Positions 11,138 to 22,126 are shown, counted from the stretch's first letter. The stretch: DNA of 64,000 bases from an uncultured cyanobacterium (GCA_963703315.1 OY969811.1:2624001-2688000), one strand, 5' to 3'. The notes: a model not told the origin generated them from the letters alone. Program-made: numbers and translations.

Positions 11138-11551
11138 TTACTCCTTCTCGCGGATAACAAATCTGGTTTTGATCGGCATTTTGGCTGCGGCAAGACGAAT
11201 CGCCTCTCTGGCAGTTTCCTCACTAACACCTGCGACTTCAAATAAAATCCGACCAGGTTTCACAACGGATACCCAATACTCAGGAGCGCCTTTACCAGAA
11301 CCCATACGGGTTTCCGCAGGACGCAAGGTTACAGGTTTGTCTGGGAAAACACGGATCCAGATTTTACCGCCGCGACGGATATAGCGGTTCATGGCACGGC
11401 GAGCAGCCTCGATTTGACGAGCCGTAATCCAAGAAGGCTCTAGAGCCTGCATAGCGAAATCACCGAAGTTGATTTCAGCACCTCTAGTAGCAGGCCCCGC
11501 CATACGACCGCGTTGCTGCTTACGAAATTTTGTACGTTTAGGACTTAACAT
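11138..11551 (-). CDS. rplP: 50S ribosomal protein L16
   Basis: [15 protein letters not shown] and RMGSGKG motifs. Confidence 0.98.
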   Translation of the reverse strand: MLSPKRTKFRKQQRGRMAGPATRGAEINFGDFAMQALEPSWITARQIEAARRAMNRYIRRGGKIWIRVFPDKPVTLRPAETRMGSGKGAPEYWVSVVKPGRILFEVAGVSEETAREAIRLAAAKMPIKTRFVIREKE

Positions 11552-11577
11552 GGTTCAAAACTCTAGATGACAGAAGT

Positions 11578-12324
11578 TTATCCTTCAGCGCTAGAACGAT
11601 CCTCAAATTGGGGACGACGTTGCTGGCGACGACGGGGTTGAGCGGCTGGAGCAGGTGCTTCTTCGCCTTGGATGATTTCGCCTTTAAAGATCCAGACTTT
11701 GATGCCAATGACACCATAGATGGTTCTTGCGGTTTTATAGCTATAGTCGATATCAGCGCGAAGTGTATGCAAAGGAACACGGCCCTCACGCACCCATTCG
11801 GTTCTCGCAATTTCAGCACCGTTGAGACGACCACTGATCTGTACCTTGATTCCTTCGATGCCAGCCCGTTGCGCTCTTTGGATTGCTTGGCGTACAACAC
11901 GACGGAAGGAAACACGACGTTCGATTTGTTGACCGATGTATTCAGCAATTAAAGGAGCTTCTGCATCAACTCTAGTTACTTCGGTAACATTGACTCGAAC
12001 TTGGCTAGTACCTGTCTTCTTGAGAGAGCCGTCTTGTTCAAGATGCTTGACTAGTCCGACACGCAATTGTTCGATACCAGCTCCACCACGACCGACAACT
12101 ACACCAGGGCGGGCAGTGCGAATTTCGAGATCAACTTGATCAGCTTTACGATCAATCAAGATTTCGGCAATACCTGCGTTGCTCAAGGTTTTTTCAATGT
12201 ACTTACGGATCTTGTGATCTTCTTCAGCCAAGATACCGTAGCGATTGACATCAGCGTACCAACGCGAAAGATGGGACTTGGTGATACCAAGGCGTAACCC
12301 TGTTGGGTGAATCTTCTGACCCAT
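11578..12324 (-). CDS. rpsC: 30S ribosomal protein S3
   Basis: Start [13 protein letters not shown] at ATG 12324; [14 protein letters not shown] motif. Confidence 0.97.
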   Translation of the reverse strand: MGQKIHPTGLRLGITKSHLSRWYADVNRYGILAEEDHKIRKYIEKTLSNAGIAEILIDRKADQVDLEIRTARPGVVVGRGGAGIEQLRVGLVKHLEQDGSLKKTGTSQVRVNVTEVTRVDAEAPLIAEYIGQQIERRVSFRRVVRQAIQRAQRAGIEGIKVQISGRLNGAEIARTEWVREGRVPLHTLRADIDYSYKTARTIYGVIGIKVWIFKGEIIQGEEAPAPAAQPRRRQQRRPQFEDRSSAEG

Positions 12325-12326
12325 AC

Positions 12327-12683
12327 CTATGCTTCCTCCGATGGTTTGACGGTAATCGTAATGTGGCAAGTAGGCTTACGGATTTGGTAAGCACGACCTT
12401 GAGCGCGGGGACGGAAGCGTTTGAGGCTAGGTCCTGCATCAGCAAAGGCTTGACCAACTATTAGGGTGGCAGGATCAAGACCTGCATTATGTTCTGCATT
12501 AGCTACAGCCGATCTCAATACCTTCGTAATGTATTCGGTGGAGCGATAGGGCATGAATTCAAGAATTACTAGTGCTTCGCGGTAGCTACGACCACGGATT
12601 TGGTCGAGGACTCGGCGCACCTTGTGAGGCGACGAGCGAATATATTTGGCTACGGCAGGGATTTCGTTTTGAGCGAGGATCAT
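12327..12683 (-). CDS. rplV: 50S ribosomal protein L22
   Basis: [23 protein letters not shown] and PRAQGRA motifs. Confidence 0.97.
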   Translation of the reverse strand: MILAQNEIPAVAKYIRSSPHKVRRVLDQIRGRSYREALVILEFMPYRSTEYITKVLRSAVANAEHNAGLDPATLIVGQAFADAGPSLKRFRPRAQGRAYQIRKPTCHITITVKPSEEA

Positions 12684-12698
12684 TTTTTAGTTACCTAC

Positions 12699-12977
12699 CT
12701 ATCTCTTGGCTTTTTTATCGCTCTTGGCATGACCACGGAAGGTGCGGGTGGGAGCAAACTCACCGAGTTTGTGTCCTACCATTTGTTCAGTGACATATAC
12801 AGGAACGTGTTGTTTTCCGTTGTGACAAGCAATGGTATGCCCAATCATTTGCGGAAGAATTGTGGAAGCACGTGACCATGTTTTGATAACTTGCTTTTCG
12901 CCTTTAGCGTTAAGCTTTTCAATTTTGGTCAGTAGATGATCGGCAACAAAGGGACCTTTTTTTAGCGATCGCGTCAT
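12699..12977 (-). CDS. rpsS: 30S ribosomal protein S19
   Basis: RSLKKGPFV and [11 protein letters not shown] motifs. Confidence 0.98.
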   Translation of the reverse strand: MTRSLKKGPFVADHLLTKIEKLNAKGEKQVIKTWSRASTILPQMIGHTIACHNGKQHVPVYVTEQMVGHKLGEFAPTRTFRGHAKSDKKAKR

Positions 12978-13039
12978 AATCTGTACTCTCTGTAAAAACT
13001 TTGAATATATATTTTCCCGCTAGGCGGGGAAATATATTA

Positions 13040-13903
13040 TTAGGCGTTACGTCCGCCTTTACCGCGCTTCGAGGACTTGCGACGGCGACGAACAATTAGG
13101 GCATCACTAACTTTCTTCTTCTTGCGAGTCTTATAACCCAAGGTTGGTTTACCCCAAGGAGTAACAGGACCACTGCGACCAATAGGGGCGCAACCTTCTC
13201 CACCACCATGAGGGTGATCGACAGGGTTCATGACCATACCTCTAACTTTAGGACGGCGGTTCAACCAACGGCTGCGACCTGCCTTACCGAGGCTAGTGTT
13301 ACTGTGATCAAGGTTTCCTACTTGCCCGATCGTGGCGTAACCTTCTTTGCGAACTAAACGTACTTCGGTAGAAGGAAGCTTGAGGGTAACAAAATCACCT
13401 TCTTTAGCTGCAATTTGAGCGCCAGCGCCAGCAGAACGAACGATTTGACCACCCTTACCAGGAGTCAATTCCACATTGTGTACAATCGTACCTAGGGGAA
13501 TATTAGCTAGGGGAAGAGCATTGCCAATTTCAAAGGGTGCGTTTTCGCCAGCTTGAATCTTGTTTCCAACCGCGATGCCTTTGGGAGCAAGAATATAGCG
13601 CTTTTCGCCATCTTCGTACTGCACAAGGGCAATGCGTGAAGTGCGGTTAGGATCGTACTCGATCGCAATTACTTCCGCGACGATATCCCGTTTGTTGCGT
13701 TTGAAATCGATGATCCGATACAAGCGCTTGTGACCACCGCCACGTCTACGGCTGGTAATTACACCACGATTGTTACGACCTCTTTTACGATGGACGTGAG
13801 TGGTTAAAGACTTTTCGGGTTCTGATTTTGTAATTTCCGCGAAGTCCGAAACAACGGTTTGTCTGGTACTTGCGGTATAGGGTTTATATGCACGAACGCC
13901 CAT
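13040..13903 (-). CDS. rplB: 50S ribosomal protein L2
   Basis: [15 protein letters not shown] and [13 protein letters not shown] motifs. Confidence 0.98.
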   Translation of the reverse strand: MGVRAYKPYTASTRQTVVSDFAEITKSEPEKSLTTHVHRKRGRNNRGVITSRRRGGGHKRLYRIIDFKRNKRDIVAEVIAIEYDPNRTSRIALVQYEDGEKRYILAPKGIAVGNKIQAGENAPFEIGNALPLANIPLGTIVHNVELTPGKGGQIVRSAGAGAQIAAKEGDFVTLKLPSTEVRLVRKEGYATIGQVGNLDHSNTSLGKAGRSRWLNRRPKVRGMVMNPVDHPHGGGEGCAPIGRSGPVTPWGKPTLGYKTRKKKKVSDALIVRRRRKSSKRGKGGRNA

Positions 13904-13960
13904 AATTGCCTGATGTTGTTGGTGAAACTAATTTGAGAATTAAACGCTTATAACTATGGG

Positions 13961-14275
13961 TTATAACTCTGGGAATAATTCGATTTTGCTGCCTTCCGCA
14001 AGAGTGACAACTGCGCGTTTAATTTGAGCGCGTTTACCTGCGAATTTACCAATCCGACGCGCTTGTGCGGGTGGGTTGTGGGTATTTACTTTCTTGACTT
14101 TGACCGAGAAAAGACTCTCGATCGCCGCTTTGATTTCAGGCTTAGTAGCATCATGAACAACATCAAAGGTGTATTTGTTGTTCTCTAGTTGTCGAGTTGC
14201 CTTTTCATTGAGCAGAGGGCGACGAATGAGGTCGGGCAAGCGACGGGGATCAAATTCGGTGGGAATCTTAGCCAT
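13961..14275 (-). CDS. rplW: 50S ribosomal protein L23
   Basis: NKYTFDV...[11 protein letters not shown]; operon position. Confidence 0.95.
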   Translation of the reverse strand: MAKIPTEFDPRRLPDLIRRPLLNEKATRQLENNKYTFDVVHDATKPEIKAAIESLFSVKVKKVNTHNPPAQARRIGKFAGKRAQIKRAVVTLAEGSKIELFPEL

Positions 14276-14302
14276 ATTTTTCTTCTTTTTCCTTAAAGAC
14301 CG

Positions 14303-14974
14303 TTATTCTGCGTCTTCGACCGTGATGATCTCGGTTGCCAACTTCGCATCGCCACCATATACTTCTTGGATTTTAGCGATCGCCGAGCGAGTAGCCACAA
14401 TCTTATGAGCATTAACAATGTCGAAAATATTCAGTTGATCCGCCGCAATTAGTTGGAGATTTTTGATATTTCTGGCTGACAAAACGACATTCTCGTCCTT
14501 CTGTGCCGTAATTACCAAAGTCTTGCTACCTGTAACCACTCCCCAACGCTCAAGAGCTTGAGTGAGTTCTTTGGTTTTGGGCTGGACTAAATTTACAGCA
14601 AAATCTTCAACCACAATTAAATCAGCAGCACGACCTGTGAAGGCTGTACGGAGAGCCAAACGGCGCTCTTTGCGATTCATCTTGGTGTCATAATCTCTGG
14701 GCTTAGGTCCAAAAATTGCACCACCACCACGGGTTAAAGGCGATCTGGTTGAACCCGCACGAGCGCGACCAGTTCCTTTTTGACGAAAAGGCTTACGACC
14801 ACCACCACGAACCTCAGCACGGGTTTTGCTGCTGGCTGTGCCTTGGCGGGCATTGGCTAGTTGTCTGACGAGGGCGCGGTGAACCAGTCCTTTTGCAGTT
14901 GCTTCTTTAGCAACCCGCAATTCGAGGGTAACTTCACCGACTTCCTTCCCTGTCCAATCTTTTACTATAGGCAT
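14303..14974 (-). CDS. rplD: 50S ribosomal protein L4
   Basis: [25 protein letters not shown] motif. Confidence 0.97.
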   Translation of the reverse strand: MPIVKDWTGKEVGEVTLELRVAKEATAKGLVHRALVRQLANARQGTASSKTRAEVRGGGRKPFRQKGTGRARAGSTRSPLTRGGGAIFGPKPRDYDTKMNRKERRLALRTAFTGRAADLIVVEDFAVNLVQPKTKELTQALERWGVVTGSKTLVITAQKDENVVLSARNIKNLQLIAADQLNIFDIVNAHKIVATRSAIAKIQEVYGGDAKLATEIITVEDAE

Positions 14975-15083
14975 AACTTAAACTCTCTCGATCTCACGAA
15001 CAAAATACTTACAGCATTTAGCTGCTAGAAGAGCAAACTTATTTTAAGAATTGTGCAAAGCAAAATTCTTAAAATATCTGGTT

Positions 15084-15725
15084 TTACTTCGCCTTACCGA
15101 TGATGACGGTAGGAATGACGTTAAGCAACGCACCAGGTTTACCAGGAACGGCTCCTTTAATTAACAGCACATTGTTCGCTGCATCGACTTTGACTATAGT
15201 GAGTTTCTTGACAGTGATTTGCTTACCGCCAAGACGACCAGCCATGCGCTTACCAGGGTAAACACGACCAGGAGTAGTACCTGCACCAGTCGAACCAGGT
15301 TGTCTGTGGTTTTTAGAACCGTGAGCCATCGGACCGCGACCAAAGTTGTGACGCTTTTGATAACCAGCGAAACCTTTACCAATGCTCGTTCCAATCACAT
15401 CAACGATGTCGCCATCCTTGAATTGACTAACATCAAGGGTTTGTCCGATGGTGTACTCACTAACGTTATCGAGACGATATTCACGTAAATGCTTAACTGG
15501 CTCTGCACCAGATGCTTTCAAATGTCCCAATTCTGGCTTAGTTAAAAGCTTTTCACGGGTGACACCATAACCAACTTGAATCGCTTTGTAGCCTTCTTTG
15601 GTATCTGTTTTAACTTGGGTCACAGTGATAGGACCTGCATGGACAACTGTTACAGGAACAGCGTTACCATCCGAATCGAATACTTGGGTCATCCCAAGTT
15701 TTGTGCCGAGAATTCCGACAGTCAT
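15084..15725 (-). CDS. rplC: 50S ribosomal protein L3
   Basis: [16 protein letters not shown] and KGAVPG motifs. Confidence 0.97.
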   Translation of the reverse strand: MTVGILGTKLGMTQVFDSDGNAVPVTVVHAGPITVTQVKTDTKEGYKAIQVGYGVTREKLLTKPELGHLKASGAEPVKHLREYRLDNVSEYTIGQTLDVSQFKDGDIVDVIGTSIGKGFAGYQKRHNFGRGPMAHGSKNHRQPGSTGAGTTPGRVYPGKRMAGRLGGKQITVKKLTIVKVDAANNVLLIKGAVPGKPGALLNVIPTVIIGKAK

Positions 15726-16402
15726 GAAAATTTAGCTCCGCTTGCTTGTGGCTGCAAATGATTGTTTTGCAGATTTTTGACAGGCTCAAAAGAGATCGGT
15801 TTCGATCTTAGTAAGAAGTATGGGTGTTGAAGACGGGTTAAGGGGCTTCGAGACGACTTACAGCAGATGTCTAGCCAAATTGCTAGACGTGAGAAACACA
15901 ATCTCTTGGGTTGGTTGTTATAGATGAGAGTTTTTGAATAGCTCTACTTGCTCTATACCAGTGCGTGACTCAGACTTAAGAAATCAAGAGGTTGCTTGGT
16001 TTGCTTAGTTTCTGTTTTTAGTCACGATTAGCAATCATAACTTGATGGGATGTACTTTGTCTATAGTTTTTTGGAAAAACTTAAAAAACTTGCTGTAATG
16101 TTTGGCTGCAATGTTTGGCTGCAATATTTGAAAAAAGCGATCGCTAAATTATTAATTAAGATTATTCAAACTGAGAAGAACGAATGTCGGTGCAAAACGC
16201 CGCCACTCGTTCTTCTCGGATAAATACTAAATGAGTGGCTAAGATATGCATATAAGACCATGTATCATAGACCTGTAGGATACAGATGGCTAAAGTTGAG
16301 TAACCGATTAGTGGGGAAGCGTAAGTCAACTGTATTTTTCTAAAAATACTATTCAGTTGGTTTGTTTACGGTTGCGGTGATTTAGTCAGCGAGAGAATAA
16401 GG

Positions 16403-19246
16403 ATGAAGATAATACAGTCTGAACCTTCCGATAGTGCAGTAGAAATCACTTATAGGAATTGCTACCTCCAGCAGATTCATTTGTTGGGACATATTCAGCC
16501 CCACGGAATTTTGCTTGGTCTGAAGGAGCCAGAGATGGAAATTGTTCAGATTAGCGATAATACGCTTCAGTTCTTTAATATTCCTGCTAAATCTTTACTT
16601 AATAAACCTCTAAGTGTTCTGTTTTCCCAGTCTCAGGTTAATAATCTACTATCTTTTGTGTCGCATAAAGATTTGGAAATATTTAATCCGATTGAACTAA
16701 CTGCACAGATTAAGAGAAAGAAATATCTATTTCAAGGATTGATGCATCGTTCTGATGGTTTACTAATTTTGGAATTAGAACCATTAATTAAGGATATAGA
16801 TTCTAATATCGATTTTTATCATTTGTCAAAATTAGCAGCAGTCAATGTCAGAAAAGCCCAAGACTTTGGAGAAATGACCAATTTATTGGTTCAGGAAATC
16901 CAGAAAATCACTGAATATGATCGTGTTTTGATCTATAAATGTGATTCAGATGGTAGTGGAGAAGTGATTGCCGAGGCTAAGTCTGATGAGCATTTAGAGT
17001 CTTTCTTGGGATTACATTATCCTGCTTCGGATATTTCTGATATCGCCCGTCAACTGTATTGCAAAAATTGGCTGCGGATTATTGTGGATATCAATTACCA
17101 GCCCGTACCCATCATTCCATCTCAAAATCCCGTCACTCACAAAACTCTTGATCTCAGTCTCAGCATCCTGAGAAGTGTTTCTCACTTTCATGTTAAGTAC
17201 TTGCAGAAATTAGGAGTTTCTGCTTCTTTAGGGATCTCTTTGATCAATGCTGATAAATTATGGGGACTAATTGTTTGTCACCATTACTCTCCTAAATATA
17301 TTGGCTATGAAACGAGGAAAGCCTGTGAATTTCTTGGACAAATTATGTCTGTGGAAATCGTGAATAAGCATGAGCAATATCTCAAAAAAGCTCAACAAAA
17401 TATTAAAGTCATTCAAGCTAAGCTAAAGCAAAATATTCTGGATAGCTATCAATCTGACAATCATCAGAATTTTATTCAAGATACTAATGATTTACTAGAG
17501 TTAGTCAATGCTGAGGGAGCCGTTATTTGTCTAGGCGATCGCCTATCGCTAGTAGGTCAATGTCCTGAGCATAAATGTATTCACGACTTGGTTGCATGGC
17601 TGGATAATAGATCTCAGGATATTTTGCATACCAATGCGCTGAGCGAGATTTATCCTGAGGCGATCGCTTTGAAGGATGTTGCTAGTGGGCTATTAGCAAT
17701 TTCTATTTTGCTACATCATACTTCCTATCATATTATTTGGTTTCGTCCTGAAGTAATTCAAACCGTTAATTGGGCAGGCGATCCTAAAAAGCTTCTTAAC
17801 TATGATGAATTTAATCCTATCGATCCTATTGATGATGATGAGTTTAATCCATCGCCCTATCGTTCTTTTGCATTATGGAAAGAAACTGTAAGAGGGCAAT
17901 CTTTACCTTGGGATGAGGTGGAAATTGAAGCAGCTTTAGAGTTAAGAAGTACATTGATGCTTGCCGCTTTGGAGTTTTCACAACAGGCTTTGAAAGAAGA
18001 AGCAAAACGCTCAGAAGTAGCAAATCAAGCTAAAAGTAGTTTCTTAGCAAGGATGAGTCATGAATTGCGAACTCCTTTAAATGCAATTTTGGGATGCACG
18101 CAGTTAATAGCCCATGAACAAGCTTTAACAAGTGATATTGGAGAATATGTAAATATCATTAGCTATAGCAGTGAGCATTTACTCAACTTAATTGATGACG
18201 TTTTAGAAGTATCCAAAATTGAAGCTGGGAAGATTGTTCTCGAAGAAACAGAATTTGATTTGCATCTGTTACTCAATAATTTGCAGGAAATGTTGCAGAT
18301 TAAAGCAAGGGGTAAGAAGTTACAGTTGATTTTTGCCATACATCCTAGTTTGCCTCAATATATTAAGACTGATGATCGAAAAGTTCGCCAGATTTTGTTA
18401 AATCTACTAGGTAATGCGATTAAATTTACTAGCAAAGGTTATGTAATTCTGCGGGCATCTCTAGAATCTATCGATCCTGCTTTAAAGAAAGCTACTATCC
18501 ATTTCGAGATAGAAGATACAGGACGAGGTATTGCTCCAGAAGAGATTAACAGTCTTTTTGAAGCATTTGTACAAACTGCTTCGGGCAGAGAGTCACAGAC
18601 TGGAACAGGTTTAGGTTTAGTGATTAGCCAACAGTTTGCTCATTTTATGGGAGGACATATTACCGCTAGTAGTACTTTGGGTAAAGGATCGATTTTTCAG
18701 TTTGATATTGCAGTTGAAACATTACCAAATATATCTAAGCAAGAACTGAACAGTGACAACAGTGACATTGTAGTAAAGGAAGATAATATTTCTCAAGAGT
18801 CTCCTGAATCAGTTTTTTCACCAACAAATATATCAAAGGAAATTAATTTAAAAAAGCCTGATGACATGAGTTCTAAATCCTTGCGAATTCTTTTAGCTGA
18901 GGATAATTCATTTAATCAAATGATTGCGTTGAGGTTGTTGGATAAGCTTGGATATAAGGCAGATTGTGCGGTAAATGGATTAGATGTTTTAAGAGTATTA
19001 GAGCAGAAGTCCTACGATTTGATCTTAATGGATATCCAGATGCCAGAGATGGATGGATTGGAAGCAACTCGCCAAATTCGTCTGAAGGAGAAAAATGATG
19101 CTGTTGAGAAGATTAAGATTGTGGCGATGACAGCGAATGCGATGGCAGCAGATCGTGAAAAATGTTTGCTAATTGGAATGGATGATTTTATTAGCAAGCC
19201 TGTCAGGATGGACGATCTAGCTATGGTGCTGAAAAAATTTAGTTAA
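16403..19246 (+). CDS. Bacteriophytochrome-like hybrid histidine kinase (PAS-GAF-PHY-HisKA-HATPase-REC)
   Basis: NC...IQPHG, LHYPASDI, LRSVS..H..Y, LWGLIVCHH, WFRPE...WAG, SHELRTPLN and ILMDIQMP motifs. Confidence 0.92.
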   Translation: MKIIQSEPSDSAVEITYRNCYLQQIHLLGHIQPHGILLGLKEPEMEIVQISDNTLQFFNIPAKSLLNKPLSVLFSQSQVNNLLSFVSHKDLEIFNPIELTAQIKRKKYLFQGLMHRSDGLLILELEPLIKDIDSNIDFYHLSKLAAVNVRKAQDFGEMTNLLVQEIQKITEYDRVLIYKCDSDGSGEVIAEAKSDEHLESFLGLHYPASDISDIARQLYCKNWLRIIVDINYQPVPIIPSQNPVTHKTLDLSLSILRSVSHFHVKYLQKLGVSASLGISLINADKLWGLIVCHHYSPKYIGYETRKACEFLGQIMSVEIVNKHEQYLKKAQQNIKVIQAKLKQNILDSYQSDNHQNFIQDTNDLLELVNAEGAVICLGDRLSLVGQCPEHKCIHDLVAWLDNRSQDILHTNALSEIYPEAIALKDVASGLLAISILLHHTSYHIIWFRPEVIQTVNWAGDPKKLLNYDEFNPIDPIDDDEFNPSPYRSFALWKETVRGQSLPWDEVEIEAALELRSTLMLAALEFSQQALKEEAKRSEVANQAKSSFLARMSHELRTPLNAILGCTQLIAHEQALTSDIGEYVNIISYSSEHLLNLIDDVLEVSKIEAGKIVLEETEFDLHLLLNNLQEMLQIKARGKKLQLIFAIHPSLPQYIKTDDRKVRQILLNLLGNAIKFTSKGYVILRASLESIDPALKKATIHFEIEDTGRGIAPEEINSLFEAFVQTASGRESQTGTGLGLVISQQFAHFMGGHITASSTLGKGSIFQFDIAVETLPNISKQELNSDNSDIVVKEDNISQESPESVFSPTNISKEINLKKPDDMSSKSLRILLAEDNSFNQMIALRLLDKLGYKADCAVNGLDVLRVLEQKSYDLILMDIQMPEMDGLEATRQIRLKEKNDAVEKIKIVAMTANAMAADREKCLLIGMDDFISKPVRMDDLAMVLKKFS

Positions 19247-19254
19247 TTTAGGAC

Positions 19255-20346
19255 TTACGCACCAAAAGCGATCGCACTCCATTGTCTAGATTTAGCTAGT
19301 TTCCATACAGTGATACCGATCGCCCATGAGATGATGGCAGCTAATGGTACAAATAAAATCCCGCCAAAAATTTCTAAAGGAGCGATCGCTCTGAGTACCC
19401 ACACATGGACTAGGTAGGTCGTAAAGCTGGCGCTAGAGAAAGTTTTAGAAAAGAGCATCACTTTGGGACTCTCTTTTCTATGGTTCCAAGAGATTGACCA
19501 TAATAAAAAGCTGAAGCTTAGCAAAACCACAGTTGGACGAGTGTAATGCCCGATCGCTTCGGCAGAATTTTTGAGGATAGCTAGCCAATAGAATTCGCTT
19601 AATTCTATGATGGCAGCGATCGTAAATAGATATCCCCATAAATGCGATTTGTCTACTAATGAGTTAATCCATCCCTGATCTTTGGCTAGCCAAATGCCAA
19701 GCTGAAAATAGGACAGCCAATAAATTAGATGGTTTCCATCGGGTAGAAAGTTGGTGATATTTGTCAATAATCCAAAGTTAGCAGATAGCCATCGCAAGCT
19801 AAATAGAGTAAAAGTGAGGCTTAGTAATAGAGATAAATTTCTGGTGGTGAAAGGAATGCGGCGTAGCAATGGATAAGTTACATAACATTGCAAAATGATT
19901 CCTAAAAAGTAGAGATGGTAATCGCCCATCCCTGTGGCGATCGCTTGCCAAATTTGTTGTAACCGTTCTAGCCAATCGGCTGTAAGGAATTGCGATCGCC
20001 CAACCACATTGAACAAAGTAAAGAGGATATAGGGTGGCAAAATTCGCCAGAGTCGTTTTTGGATAAAGATGTTTAAATTAAAGGGTCGTTTCTCTTCCGA
20101 CTTGGCTAAGGCAAATCCAGACAGGATTACAAACATCGGTACGGTAAAGCGTCCGACTTGATTGATCGTCGTGTCAATAAAAATCTCTGGATTAAAAGTC
20201 ACTGTGTCACGTACTCCAAACCACCAGTGATGGGAGGCATGGATACCAATCACAATAGTTGTGGCGATCGCCCTTAGTAAGTCAGATAGCTCCCAAGTCA
20301 TGTTTTTATTTAGCATCATGGTGGCGCTCTGCGCCACCATGATCAT
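19255..20346 (-). CDS. Acyltransferase family 3 (OafA-like) membrane protein; true start may be slightly downstream
   Basis: DLLRAIA...VIGIH, VPMFVILSGF, RLWRILPPY and YHLYFL motifs; many TM segments. Confidence 0.85.
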   Translation of the reverse strand: MIMVAQSATMMLNKNMTWELSDLLRAIATTIVIGIHASHHWWFGVRDTVTFNPEIFIDTTINQVGRFTVPMFVILSGFALAKSEEKRPFNLNIFIQKRLWRILPPYILFTLFNVVGRSQFLTADWLERLQQIWQAIATGMGDYHLYFLGIILQCYVTYPLLRRIPFTTRNLSLLLSLTFTLFSLRWLSANFGLLTNITNFLPDGNHLIYWLSYFQLGIWLAKDQGWINSLVDKSHLWGYLFTIAAIIELSEFYWLAILKNSAEAIGHYTRPTVVLLSFSFLLWSISWNHRKESPKVMLFSKTFSSASFTTYLVHVWVLRAIAPLEIFGGILFVPLAAIISWAIGITVWKLAKSRQWSAIAFGA

Positions 20347-20746
20347 ATTGAATTATTTTGGGAATTGGTAAATCTCCGCATTCCATTTTTTGGAGTATTT
20401 CTGCTATTCCCTCTTTTCCATTAATTTGCACAGTTCGCAATATCTGTAAACTATCTTCTAGTAAACTTTCTACATCAATAGATTGATAGGCAGGAAGATA
20501 GGCTGGTAAGCGACTTGTACCTTCACCTAAAAGAATCGTCGCTCCATGCCAGTTTTGATTTTGGAGATGATATAAACCCACTGCAATTTGCAAAATTCCT
20601 TGATAGAACGCGCGATCGCTTTGCCAAGCATCATTCCAAATCGCCTCTAAAGTGTCGTGACAGGCATAGTAATCACCACTATTGAACTGAGCGATCGCTT
20701 CTGCAAATAAAGGCTCACACGGAGGATCAGGTACAGCCTCAGACAT
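20306..20746 (-). CDS. DUF309 domain protein
   Basis: FNSGDYYACHDTLEAIW...FYQGILQIAVGLYH signature. Confidence 0.88.
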   Translation of the reverse strand: MSEAVPDPPCEPLFAEAIAQFNSGDYYACHDTLEAIWNDAWQSDRAFYQGILQIAVGLYHLQNQNWHGATILLGEGTSRLPAYLPAYQSIDVESLLEDSLQILRTVQINGKEGIAEILQKMECGDLPIPKIIQYDHGGAERHHDAK

Positions 20747-21248
20747 TGATTAGCGCTTGATCGAGAGTATTGGCGATCGCTTGTTTTTGTTCAGAATCAT
20801 AGCCCCATTTTTCGAGAAAAGTGGCATATTCCCCATTGCCAGTAAGGGCGGCACGTTTGATTTGCGATGCAATTACTCGCACCTCTTCAAGATCAACTTT
20901 GGCAATTAAAAGTGCTGTTCTCTTAGCTACGCGCTCAGAACCTTCTGCTTGTTCAATATTTTCTGTCCGTCGATGAGTCATCGCCATCGCGGTTGACATT
21001 ACCAAATTTTTGACAAGTAGTTCGGCGATCGCTGTAGGTGTGGATTGTAAAGCGCGAATTAAGCCTGCACTAGGTGCATCTGCTAATTGCCAGTCTCCCG
21101 TTAAAAAAGCTACAAAAAAACCTCTTGCTCCATTAGCTGTCTGCACCAGTGCCGCAATTGCTGCTTCTAGCTGCACATCATCTAAATCATGACGAGCAAG
21201 CAAAGAATTTGTATAGGCGATCGCTTCTTCAAAGGTGATATTGCTCAT
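20739..21248 (-). CDS. Conserved cyanobacterial hypothetical protein
   Basis: NGARGFFV, KNLVMSTAM and FLEKWGYD..Q blocks; start re-assigned to MSNITF to avoid overlap with the upstream gene. Confidence 0.7.
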   Translation of the reverse strand: MSNITFEEAIAYTNSLLARHDLDDVQLEAAIAALVQTANGARGFFVAFLTGDWQLADAPSAGLIRALQSTPTAIAELLVKNLVMSTAMAMTHRRTENIEQAEGSERVAKRTALLIAKVDLEEVRVIASQIKRAALTGNGEYATFLEKWGYDSEQKQAIANTLDQALINV

Positions 21249-21264
21249 GGGTTCTAGATGTTTT

Positions 21265-21942
21265 TTATTTGATATGGTCGAGACAATGATTTGGTAAAAA
21301 CGCTGTCCAGCCATTATCTAGCTTGACACGGCAACTGACACTAATTACCTGCTCAACCACCCCCTTATGATTGGCGTATTGTTGACGATTGGCATTCACA
21401 ATGACGCGATCGCCCACTTTAAAAGTTTTACTTACAGTTTTATTGTCGGCACTGCCATCTTGCTTCTTGTCTGAAACTTTAGGAATTGCCGCTTTTTTGA
21501 GAGTCGGCGCAGAATGAAAAGTTAAGGAAGCAGCTTGCTGTCCATTGACCTGATAGTTATATCCCCGCCCTTGAATAAGTTGCAAACTTCCAATTTGGAC
21601 ATTTGCCAGATACTGCACAAACCGATCTACAGATATCTCCATCGCTTCGGCAAGGTCTTCAAACATGACAGGATAACTCCAATAGTTTTCGCCAACCTGT
21701 AAATCAGCTAACTCTTGCCATGCATCAAATAACTTTTGTCCAAACTGTGATCCAGACTGTGATCCTAAAGCATCATCGCGATCGCCATTGGGTTTAGTCA
21801 CAGACCCTGTAGATACAGGGTTAGATACTAGAGTTTCTAATGTTTTCAGTAAGTTTTGAGCGACGCGATCACTCTCTTCTGTCTTGACTCGAAGATATTC
21901 GAGAATCTGTTCAAACAAAGATTCGCTAACATTAACAGCCAT
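21265..21942 (-). CDS. Hypothetical protein with C-terminal KOW/SH3-like beta domain
   Basis: FKVGDRVIV...GVVEQV...CRVKLDNG at the C-terminus. Confidence 0.6.
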   Translation of the reverse strand: MAVNVSESLFEQILEYLRVKTEESDRVAQNLLKTLETLVSNPVSTGSVTKPNGDRDDALGSQSGSQFGQKLFDAWQELADLQVGENYWSYPVMFEDLAEAMEISVDRFVQYLANVQIGSLQLIQGRGYNYQVNGQQAASLTFHSAPTLKKAAIPKVSDKKQDGSADNKTVSKTFKVGDRVIVNANRQQYANHKGVVEQVISVSCRVKLDNGWTAFLPNHCLDHIK

Positions 21943-22126
21943 ATAAATACTCGCACGCACTACTTTATGAGCATCTGAAAATCGCCTTTTGATAAGCTAA
22001 GCAGATGCAAACCGTGATTTTAGAAAAATAAAAATCTCAATATTCTTTAAAGTAGCATCAAAAAGTTAACACCAATTTGTCTTCTATATTTATGTTGCAA
22101 TTTTTTTACATTTCATAGCCGTAACC

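Noticed and set aside
10930..12369. Apparent N-terminal extensions of L29 and S3 in the ORF track
   Set aside because: Artefacts of choosing the most upstream start; canonical starts exist at 11133 and 12324.
4314..15725. Absence of rpsJ, rpsN and rpmD from the S10-spc cluster
   Set aside because: This is the normal cyanobacterial arrangement, not a novelty.
7448..15761. Many alternative-frame and antisense ORFs over the ribosomal protein genes (e.g. 7477-8133, 11538-11948)
   Set aside because: They are shadows of highly biased coding sequence, with no recognisable motifs or independent starts.
15726..16402. Possible tRNA, tmRNA, RNase P or SRP RNA in the long intergenic region
   Set aside because: None of their conserved sequence signatures could be recognised; kept only as a candidate leader RNA.
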